Assembly: GCA_951406725.2 (NCBI GenBank) | Contig: OX597824.1 | Location: 41,540,001 to 41,604,000 of the forward strand | DNA: 64,000 nt | Source: Octopus vulgaris | Lineage: Eukaryota | Direction: 5' to 3' | In this document: in pieces, positions 53,266 to 64,000 of the stretch | How positions within the stretch are numbered: the stretch's first letter is position 1 | Layout: each line of letters starts with the position of its first letter | Position numbers and translations under genes: made by a program | The notes under the pieces: model-generated | Databases searched by the model: none | Seen by the model: the letters and a program-made list of their open reading frames with translations, nothing else | Told to the model about the DNA's origin: nothing

Positions 53266-53307
53266 TATGTATGTATGTATAAATGTATGCATGTATGTAT
53301 GAATATA

Positions 53308-53730
53308 TTCTCTTTTATACTTTTACTTGTTTCAGTCATTTGACTGCGGCTATGCTTGAGCACCGCCTTTAGTCAAGCAAATCGACCCCCTAGACTAATT
53401 CTTTATAAGCCTAGTACTTATTCTATCGGTCTCTTTTGCAGAACCGCTAGGTTACGGGGACGTAAACACACCGCCATCGGTTGTTAAGCGATGTTGGGGG
53501 GACAAACACAGACACACAAACACACACGCGCGCGCGCGCACACACAACACACACATGTATATACATATATACGACGGGCTTTCAGTTTCCGTCTACCAAA
53601 TCCACTCACAAGACTCGTCGGTCCGAGGCTATAGTAGAAGATACTTGACCGAGGTAACACGCAGTGGAACTGAACCCGGAGCCATGTGGCTGGTAAGCAA
53701 GCTACTTACCACACAGCCACTCCTGCGCCT
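53308..53730 (-). mobile_element. Full-length CORE-type SINE
   Basis: Close match to 42810-43218. Confidence 0.92.
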
Positions 53731-53759
53731 ATGTCCACTATGTTGAAGCGTTATTCTCC

Positions 53760-53950
53760 ATTCATATTTTTCTCTTTCCGTGTTTTCTTCCATTCTTTCT
53801 TCGTTTTCCCCCTCTTAATCCTTTCTGGTGAAGCGCGTAGGCTCGAACCGTAAAAGACTTTTCCATTCTTCCCGAGCATGAAACTAACACACCTGCTCGT
53901 TGTCACCACACCTGCCTTCGTCTTCTATTTTTTGTTTCTGTAAATTTGAA
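53760..53950 (+). mobile_element. Short Penelope-like repeat with mini hammerhead-like motif
   Basis: CTTTCTGGTGAAGCGCGTAGGCTCGAACCGTAAAAG. Confidence 0.62.
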
Positions 53951-54104
53951 TTATACACGTATATATACGTATATATATACATATACGTATATAGATACAT
54001 ACATACATACATACATACATACATACATACATACATGTGTGCGTGTGCTTGTGTGTAGATATGCATACACAGGCAAGTATGTAACTGTAGACATGCTCAC
54101 AGAC

Positions 54105-54137
<33 letters not shown>

Positions 54138-54371
54138 AACCCGCACAGAAAAGCACCTGTAGACATGCACTCACTGTCTCTCTGTCTCTCTCTCTGTCTG
54201 TCTCTCTCTGTCTCTCTCTCTCACTCGAGTTCTCTGTCTTTCTTTCATAAACACATAAACGCACACTTATATAGCCGTACAAAAAAAAAACCCGTATCTA
54301 CATCTACATACAGGAACAAACGTACTCTCTCACACACCTGCTCCCAAAAACACATATACAAGCATTCTTGA

Positions 54372-54402
<31 letters not shown>

Positions 54403-54498
54403 CGGACACACACGCAGGCACTTACGTACCAGAATACACATATACACCTGTACACAAACCACACAAGTATATTAATTCAAGAGCACATGTAATCTCTT

Positions 54499-54545
<47 letters not shown>

Positions 54546-54771
54546 TTTTCTCTCTTTCTCTTTCTCACACACACACAAACCTGTACACAGAGACATGTAA
54601 ATATACATAAAAAAACACACAAACACGCAAACACACATAACTGGACACAAATCACCTGTACATACACTCCCACAAGAGCACACGAAACCCTTTTCCTTTC
54701 TTTCTTCCTTTTTTTGTTATTTATTCTTCCATTATTACTTTCTTTCATTCATCCTTTCTTTTTCTTTCTTC

Positions 54772-54802
<31 letters not shown>

Positions 54803-54862
54803 TCATTCATTCAGTCATTACTTTCTCACTTTAATTCTTTTTCATTCGTTCCCTTCCTTCCT

Positions 54863-54922
<60 letters not shown>

Positions 54923-55131
54923 TCGTTCGTTCTTTCTTTCATTCAGTCATTTCTTTCTCACTTTAATTCTTTTCTTTCTTTCCTTCCTTCCTTCTTTCTT
55001 TCTTTCCTTCCTTCCTTTCTTCCTTCCTTCCTTCCTTCCTTCCTTCCTTCCTTCATTCATTCTTTTTTATTTATTTCTTTTCCCTCACACACATACACCT
55101 GTTCGCAAAAGCATGTACATGCACACACACA

Positions 55132-55230
<99 letters not shown>

Positions 55231-55398
55231 GTATAAGAACTGACAGACTTTCACGTAACTTTTTCTCCTACACCGCTGCCATTTTGAATTAAATTGGAGT
55301 AGAAACTATTGTTGCTTTCAATGTTCAGTAATCTTCCTTGGTCTCTGTTCCCCTCCACTCCTTCTCCCCCTCTCTCTTTTCTCTGTGTTTTTACTCAC

Positions 55399-55680
55399 CG
55401 TGTTCTTAACTGTTCAACTGTATTGTTATTGTTGATGTTGTCTCTTGCGTCGTTGTTGCTCTTGTTGCTATTGTTGCTGCTGCTGTTGCTGCTGCTCTTG
55501 AGCGAACGGTCTTCGTCCCAGAGCTTGCAAGATGGGAGAAGTCCGAAGCGTGGTCCTTTGCTATTCGTAAGACACGCAGAAGAGAAAGCAGGTCAACCCC
55601 CGTCACCGAGAGCATCGACGGACGGATGAATGCGCATCCAGGCTCAGCGGTTGCGTCGGAAATAGGGGAGCTGATGCTGT
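55399..55680 (-). other. Candidate first (5' UTR) exon of a minus-strand transcript
   Basis: CpG-rich unique island with CAG/CAA repeats ending at ACG|GTGAGT; YY1-like GCCATTTTG at ~55278; upstream boundary unknown. Confidence 0.4.
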
Positions 55681-56007
55681 TGTTACTGTTGCGTTTGGAT
55701 CCACGTTAACTATCGTCAAACCATTTCCAACCTATGATCAAAGCATTTCCAAACGCGACCAATGCAATATATATGGAACTTGTGGAATAAACATTATCCA
55801 TTGTGTCCTGTCTATTTTTAGCTGATATTTCTAGCAGGTCAAGCGTTCACGCAGAGGTTCATTACGTGACATGTTCTGGTTGTTGTTGTTACCACCATTG
55901 GAGCTGAAGCTACAATAACCTCGATAAAGTCATCGACTAGAAAGAGTCATACGATATATTTATACATACGTTCATTCATAAATACATACATATATAGATA
56001 CACATAT

Positions 56008-57120
56008 AGGCGCAGGTGTGGCTGTGAGAAGGCGGCGAGCTGGCAGAAACGTTAGCACACCGGGCGAAATGCGTAGCCGTATTTCGTCTGCCGTTACGTT
56101 CTGAGTTCAAATTTCGCCGAGGTCGACTTTGCTTTTCATCCTTTCGGGGTCGATAAATTGAGTACCAGTAACGCACTAGTGTCAATCTAATCAATTTAAT
56201 CCGTTTGTCTGTCCTTGTTTGTCCTCTCTGTGTTTAGCCCCTTGTGGGTAGTAAAGAAATAGGTATTTCGCCTGCCGCTACGTTCTGAGTTCAAATTTCG
56301 CCGAGGTCGACTTAAATAAGTACCAGTTACGCACTGGGGTCGATATAATCGACTTAATCCGTTTGTCTGTCCTTGTTTGTCCCTTCTGTGTTTAGCCCCT
56401 TGTGGGTAGTAAAGAAATAGGTGTGGCTGTGTGGTAAGAATATTGCTTCAAAGCCACATGGTTCCGGGTTCAGTCTCACTGCGTGGCATCTGGTCCAAGT
56501 GTCATCTATTATAGCCTCGGGCTGATCAAAGCCTTATGAGTGAGATTTCGTAGACGGAAACTGAAAGAAGCCCTTTGTATTATATCTGTGTTTGTTTGTT
56601 TGTTTTAGTCATTAGACTGCAGCCATACTGGAAGGCCGCTTTGAATTTTTATTCGGATGAATCGACCTAGTACTTAATTTTAAGCCTGATACTTATTCAG
56701 TCGGGTCCTTATACCGAAACGCTAAGTCACGGAGACGTAAGCACACACACCAACGCTGGTTGTTTAGCGGTTGTGGCGGTGGGAGGGGACAAACACATGC
56801 AGTAACACACACACACATGTACAAAGGGTTTTTTTCAGTTTCACTCTACCAAACCCACTTGGGCACATGCCCAAGGTGCCACGCAGTGTGTGTATGTGTG
56901 GATGTGTGTATATGTGTGTGTTGGTGTTTGTGTTTGTCTCCACCACCGTTTGACAACCGGCGTTGGTTTGTTTATATCCCCGTAACTAGCGCTTCGGTAA
57001 ATGAGGCCGATAGAGGAAGTATCTCGATTAGATAAGTACTGGCGACAATTCGTTTTACTAAAGTTCTTCAAAGTGGTATTCCAGCATGACTGCAGTCAAG
57101 TGACTGAAACATGTAAGAAG
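56008..57120 (+). mobile_element. Nested SINE complex: dimeric Meta-type SINE (56027-56418) inside a CORE-type SINE, plus inverted CORE pieces
   Basis: 13-bp TSD AGGTGTGGCTGTG at 56014-56026 and 56419-56431. Confidence 0.9.
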
Positions 57121-57759
57121 AAAAACATATATATAATCAAGAAGAAGAGGCGGAGAGCAAAATCATCATTATCATCACCACCACCAGCAACAGCAGCACC
57201 AGCACCTGCACCAGCAGCAGGAGCAGCAGACGATGATGATGGTTTAAAACTCTACGAGTCAACAAGGGTTTCCCTACGTGGTTATAAGATTTGCTATAAA
57301 TAGCAATCTCCTATCTCTTACACTATTTCAGTATTACGTGTCAAAAGTAAAACAATAGCATATCTATTGTAATGTGAGGTAATACTTTCAGTTTTAATAG
57401 TGAAACTATTAATATTTTCGCTATGTTTATATATATTTGTTTAATTTCTATTACTTTCACTATAATATATTTGTAAGTACATGTATGTATATGTATGCAT
57501 ACATATATATGTATAAATATGAATATATATAAGTATATATATTTATGTATATACATGTTTATGTATGTATATTTATGTGTGTGTGTGTATATATATGTGT
57601 GTGTGTGTGTATATGTATATATATATGCATATGTATGTATATATACGTATATATATATGTATTTATGTGTATATATATGAGTATGTATAAATGTGTGTAT
57701 ATATATATATATGTAAGTATATATATATATATATATGTGTGCGTGTGTGTATGTGTATG

Positions 57760-57831
<72 letters not shown>

Positions 57832-58012
57832 GTGTGTGTGTGTTTGTGTCTGTGTTTGTACCACCAAAACCATCTGCGGTTCGGCAGAAGATATCGATAG
57901 AATAAGCACCAGCCTTAGAAAGAAGTAAGTCTAGTGGTCGATTTCTTCACCTAACAGGCGGTACTCCAGCATGGCCACACTCAAATGACTGAAGCACCTA
58001 ACAGACTAAAAG

Positions 58013-58048
<36 letters not shown>

Positions 58049-58494
58049 TTGTATATATCCCTTGCTCACATGGCACACACGTGACCATCGGTCATCTTTC
58101 TTTCTCTTCGCTGTAACTGGAAGAAGGAGGACGTGTCCTTGTTTGTCTTCTGTCCTAGCTTGATTTACGCGTTCGCCACCACAACCTCGTTTAGGCTTAG
58201 CAGGCCTTCCTGTTTATTTTCATTGTCCTGGTTATGTTACCTGTTTTGACTCTCCGCAAAAACACAAATTTTACTTAATTTGCTTTGCGGGAGCCACTGT
58301 GTTATCGAAAATGTATATTGTTATTTAATCTGCGATATACGAGAGTAGAAAAACAACCAACAACTAATGAAGGGTCGTTTTTTGTGTTGTTTTCCATTTG
58401 TGTCTTTTGTTCGAAAGAATAGTTTATGTTCCATGTACTCGTGCTTCGTATCTTTTTGCTTTGTACACGTTTCGTAACGTCCTGTGCCCACATA

Positions 58495-58568
<74 letters not shown>

Positions 58569-58604
58569 TATATATATATGTATATATATATATGCATACA
58601 CACT

Positions 58605-58635
<31 letters not shown>

Positions 58636-58707
58636 ACATATATTATTTATATCATTATATGATTAAACGCCACGCATCCTCTTCCAAGTAAGCTTTATCT
58701 ATCTATC

Positions 58708-58745
<38 letters not shown>

Positions 58746-58773
58746 ATATATATACACACAGACATATATATAT

Positions 58774-58830
<57 letters not shown>

Positions 58831-58947
58831 AAAAGCAATAAAGATTCAAGTTAATTTAAATGAATTTACTTGAATATGGTACCTAACTTAGATGCACCAA
58901 AAAAAACTATACTGATTTAACAATACAGTAATGTGGGGTGATTATAA

Positions 58948-59432
58948 GCGAGAATGAAGCAACAAGAATGGATAGGTTTTTAGTACAATCGTTTTATACA
59001 AGGACAGGTTTTATTAAAAGTTGCAAAAATTACAGCATATAAACGTGTCCCGTACTCATCAGCTAAAATACATGTGAGTTCTCTAGACATCCTAGTGGTT
59101 GAGGCTATACTCATGAAGTAATGTAGATAATTAAGTAACATAAACAGATTTCAAAAGTTCATTAAAGTTCTTTTAAAATTCTGTGATAAGACTGTACATC
59201 ATCTTTAAAGAACTTTAATGAACTTTTGAAATCTGTTTATGTTACTTAATTATCTACATTACTTCATGAGTATAGCCTCAACCACTAGGATGTCTAGAGA
59301 ACTCACATGTATTTTAGCTGATGAGTACGGGACACGTTTATATGCTGTAATTTTTGCAACTTTTAATAAAACCTGTCCTTGTATAAATCGATTGTACTAA
59401 AAACCTATCCATTCTTGTTGCTTCATTCTCGC
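58948..59432. mobile_element. Penelope-like palindrome, 226-bp arms and 33-bp spacer
   Basis: 58948-59173 is the reverse complement of 59207-59432 (one mismatch noticed); within (TA)n-bounded block. Confidence 0.85.
59312..59402 (+). ncRNA. Type I hammerhead with extended stem II, G12 mutated; mirror copy at ~58978-59068 (-)
   Basis: UUUUAG CUGAUGA GUACGGGACA...UGUCCUUGUAU AAAU CGAUUG UA CUAAAA. Confidence 0.6.
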
Positions 59433-59468
<36 letters not shown>

Positions 59469-59800
59469 GCTCTTTCAGGAACACCAATTTTTTATATTGA
59501 CTGCATATCACCACTTTGATCTATTTTTTATATTGAATGCATATCACCACTATGAACCACTACATCATACTCTCTAAACATATAGCATGAACGAACTCAC
59601 TTCACGATATATGAACTTTTGATGTCTGACTCTATTGTATATTATAAATGAATTTTTTTTATATTTGATAGCATGGACTATCTTTTTTTATATATAACTT
59701 TTTTTGATAAGGTTCTCAAGAACCGAAACATGTTATAATGTATATATAAAAATTAAAAATTTGTGTACTATAGCAGCATTTTCGAATTTCTTTTTTACAA

Positions 59801-59858
<58 letters not shown>

Positions 59859-59861
59859 ATA

Positions 59862-60152
59862 ACCTAAGGCCGACCAAAGCCCATGTGAATGTGTTCGTAC
59901 ACCAAAATTGAAAGAAGTCTGTCGTATATATGTATATATTTGTGCGTGTATGTGTGTGTATGTGTCGATGTTTGTATCCCTACCATTGCCTGACGACCTA
60001 TGTTGCTGTGTTTACAGCAACATAACTTAGCGGTTCGGTATAAGACATTGCTAGAATAAGTACTAGGCTTACAAAGAAGAAATTCTGTCGTTGATTTGAT
60101 CGACCAACGGCGGTGCTCCAGCATAGCCGCAGTCACATGACTGAACCAAGTA
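59862..60152 (+). mobile_element. 5'-truncated CORE-type SINE
   Basis: GGCCGACCAAAGCC, AACTTAGCGGTTCGG, GGCGGTGCTCCAGCAT blocks. Confidence 0.85.
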
Positions 60153-60207
60153 AAAAAAAAGTTACTATGCCTTTTTTAATCCGAAGCAAGGTAGGGCATC
60201 TCTGCTA

Positions 60208-60242
<35 letters not shown>

Positions 60243-60725
60243 TATATATATATATGCACTCACACGAGCGCGTGCGCACACACACACACACACACACGCA
60301 GACTCAATTTAAGTATTGTTATTGTATATGTATGTCACATATACATATTCCCATATATAATCATCATTCATGCATGCGCGCACAACACGATTACATACCC
60401 AAACAAAAACACGCGTACAACAAATGGGTTAACTGTAGAATACAGGTAAATACAACAAACCAAACAGAACCTCCCCCACCACTTTGTGCCTTCCCCTTAT
60501 CCTCTCCCTCTTGCTCTCTCCTCTTCTCCCCTCTCACACTCTTTTCTCTCTCTTTGTCTCACACTATCTCCTTTTACTGTTTTGCTCAGTTCTTTCAATC
60601 TATCTGCAAACACCGGCACTGATGTTGTACACATATACAGGCACACACACACACACACACTTGCGTGCGTGTGTGTATAATTGCATATTTGTATACCTAT
60701 GTATGTATATATATATATATATATA

Positions 60726-60819
<94 letters not shown>

Positions 60820-61284
60820 GTATACATACATATCGTTTTAATTCTTTGTTCACTAGGCTCCTCTGACACTCTTTCCTCGGGATCCCCCCTCTCTGTTTTA
60901 CTTTTTCTCCCCTCTCCATCCCTCAATCCGCTTATTTTCCAAACTTTCATCTTTACCACTCAACATATATATTTCTATTTTCTTTGTCCTAACTATTTTT
61001 TCGTCCTAAACACATTTTTGCTTCAATACTTTTGGCCAAGTTTTGTCTCCTCCCCCTCCTCCTCCTCCTCCTCTTCTCCTTTCTTTCTTTTTTTATTCCT
61101 GTCCTTTCTCGCTTTATCTTCCTCTAGCATGAGATGATAAATATTGATAGAGAACCGAACAGAGATCCCTTTGTGGTGTTAAGTTACGCCCTATTAGGTT
61201 CCCAATTGTAATTAATAACCTGCAAGATTCTATTCTGCATTTTCATTTCGTCCAACAACACAATAAGTACCGATAAGAGAATGA

Positions 61285-61950
61285 GCTCTAATGCTGGCAA
61301 GCAATTTGGGGGTAGGGAATAAGTCGATTACACTGACCCCCACTTATTTCATGGACTATGGAAGGATAAAAGTAAAGACGACTTTGGCGGAATTTGAACT
61401 CAGAACGTAAAGACAGACGAAACGTCACAATGCTTTTTGTCTGACATGATAACGTATCTGCTAACACGTGGTCTTAAAAAAAAATTGTTTCAAATTTTGG
61501 CACAAGGCCAACAATTTCAGGTGTGAGGGTACGGAATAAGTCGGTTGTATAGACCCCAGTACTCAAATAGAACTTATTTTATAGACTCCCGAAAAGATGG
61601 AAAGCAAAGCCGATCACGGCGGGATTTGAACTCAGAACGTAGCGACGGGTGACACGCCGTTAAGGAGTTTGCTCGGCGTGCTAAAGATTTTGCCAGCTCA
61701 CCACCTTGAAATTAACGTCTAATACCAACCACTTCCTAAGACGGCGAGCTGGCAGAATCATTAGCACCCCGGGCAAAAATGCTTAGCGTCATTTCATCTG
61801 TCTTTACGTTCTGAGTTCAAATTCAGCTGAGGTCGACTTCGCCTTTCATCCTTTTGTAGTCGTTAAATTAAATACTAGTTGAACTCTGGGGTTGATGTAA
61901 TTGATTCATCCCCACCACCGAAATTGCTGGCCCCGTGTCAAAATTTGCTT
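61285..61950. mobile_element. Meta-type SINE cluster (two minus copies, one plus copy)
   Basis: GGAATTTGAACTCAGAACGTA at ~61390 and ~61622; plus-strand head at 61743. Confidence 0.85.
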
Positions 61951-62775
61951 TTGTTGACTTTACTGGTCTCTCACTCTCTTCCACGAATTTAATTGCTGCT
62001 GTTGCCTTCCCTTGGTGATGATGTTTCTTGCAGCTTTCCTGCTCCAGGGTGTGAGCAAGTGTTGCAAGCTCCCTATCATGGTGCCATTTATATCTGCCTT
62101 GAGAAAGTGCTACTCTGCACCCTGCCAAGATGTGTGCTAGAGTACCCCTTTCTCCACAAAGTCTATGCAGCTGGTCATCCCTCAAACCCCATCTATGCAG
62201 GTTTGTTGGCGTCGGGAGTATCATACACCGGCCGCGGCAGGAAAGAGATGCAAGAAGGTTTCAGCCTCCACAGGTCAGTCCATGTGAGCTTCCTATAAGG
62301 GAGATCCCATTTAGTCCATGCACCCTGAGATACCAACTCCACAGCTCTTGGTTTTCTTCTTTCTTCCTCCTCGTACCGCACCGTTTCCTTGGTCATAGCC
62401 CACCTCTCCCTGGTGTCTGCTTTCTTCTATTTTGGAAATAGGACGAACCAAGACCCTGGCGACTCCTGCATGTGACTCTAATGATGTTGCATAGCTCCAG
62501 CATCCCTTCAGCCTGAGCGACTGCGGCGCTAGTTACCCACTTTCGCCCAGACCTTGTTGTAATACCTGCATGTTTGACAAGCACGTCCTTGGAGTCTCTG
62601 TACATCATTACAACATTACATTTTGCTACTTCAAATTCCTGCACTACGGATGATAGGGGAAGTTGTAGCTGTCCCGATCTTATGTACAGACCCATTGAAG
62701 TGAAGCTTGGGGGAACACCTAGCCATCTTCGGTATTTATTTATCTTCCTTTCCACCCTTTCCACATTTCTCATTG
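61950..62775 (-). mobile_element. HERO-clade RLE non-LTR retrotransposon fragment
   Basis: RWLGVPPSFTSMGLY..LQLPLSSVVQEFEVAK, QGAWTKW, PTPTNLHRWG, LCGERGTLAHILAGCRVALSQGRYKWHHD; frameshifted. Confidence 0.85.
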
Positions 62776-62794
62776 GAATAACATACAGCTTCAG

Positions 62795-63010
62795 TGTCTG
62801 TGTGTGTGTGTTCGTTTAGCACTCGTCATATCGCTTGACAACTGGTATTGGTTTGTTTACGTCTCCATAAACTAGTGGTTCGGCAAAAAGAAATCGATAG
62901 AATAAGTGCCAGGCTTAAAAATTAGTACTGGGGTCGATTCGTTCGACTAAACCCTTCGCGGTAAGTGCCCCAGCATGACTGCAGTCCAAAATCTGGTACG
63001 AATAAAAGAC
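62795..63010 (+). mobile_element. CORE-type SINE 3' half
   Basis: CGCTTGACAAC, GGTTCGGCAAAA, GGGGTCGATTCGTTCGAC blocks. Confidence 0.85.
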
Positions 63011-63476
63011 AAAATTCTTTTTTAATTCATTTGCACCTTACCCAATCTTTCATCTACGTTTGCCTTTCATTTCTTCCGATCTTTCACAGCCAAATTTTCT
63101 CTTTTTTTTTTCTTGTTCTGAAGTATAGAAAAGAGGTAGCGCTAGATTTGAAAACGGAACCGTTAAACAATAGTATTTAAATAAAACGGCTTACAATCTA
63201 AGGTTCTGCTAGGATTTAATTACAGAAACAAATTTTCAAATGAAATGCAACTGTTTTCTTGTTATTTATACCTAATTAAAGAACTGAAGAAATAAGTTCA
63301 AGATTTACTTTTGTTCTTCGGTCTAAATGTTTATTAGTGATCCCTGGACTGTTGGCCTTTCGCTAAATACTGAACTGATCAGTGTGACTTTCAAACTTGG
63401 TTGCCCTTCTGTTTTAGATATTCTTCTCTATCTCTCTCGCTCTCTTTCATAAATGCACGCGCGTGGAGATACTCAT

Positions 63477-63521
<45 letters not shown>

Positions 63522-63584
63522 CACGCACATCCACCACCATCCCCACTTATACACACATACACATAGTTGACAAACCGGTATTTG

Positions 63585-63620
<36 letters not shown>

Positions 63621-63646
63621 CATATATGTATCTGCTCGTGTATGAA

Positions 63647-63738
<92 letters not shown>

Positions 63739-63771
63739 CATACTTACATACATACATACATACATACATAA

Positions 63772-63803
<32 letters not shown>

Positions 63804-64000
63804 CTCACACACATATAGACACACACACAGGCGCACATATATGCAGAGGCATGTTATTATGCATATGTGTGTGTATGTTTGTATAAGTTTATATGCGCGT
63901 GTGTGAATGTGTTTATGTATGTATGTATGTATGTTTATATACATATCATCTTTTATGTATGCGTGCAAATGTGCGTCTGTTTGCCTATGGCTGTAACCGA

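Overview
Repeat-saturated animal genomic DNA, probably intronic or intergenic. The SINE families and extreme microsatellite load resemble an octopus (coleoid cephalopod) genome; this comes from my recollection of the repeat families, not from a search. Almost all ORFs in the supplied track are translations of (TA)n, (TACA)n, (TAA)n or (CA)n repeats. No host gene can be identified; only a few weak candidate exons exist (2050-2208 -, 29344-29371 +, 43464-43670 -, donor at 55399 -). Supported content: many tRNA-derived SINEs (CORE-type and Meta-type), decayed R4/Dong, HERO and Tx1/L1 non-LTR fragments, mariner/Tc1/hAT/Helitron remnants, Penelope-like palindromes with hammerhead ribozyme motifs, and one non-autonomous Ty3/gypsy element (14658-17971). 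Most striking: (1) that gypsy element has a 130-bp fold-back of its U5 end in place of a 5' LTR, yet keeps TG..CA ends, PBS and a 4-bp TSD; (2) an R4-type family is repeatedly embedded, strand-specifically, in (TACA)n, while Dong copies sit in (TAA)n; (3) palindromic elements in (TA)n tracts carry paired hammerheads, one with a G3:C8 swapped core. Repeat boundaries are read by eye and approximate unless a terminus motif is cited.
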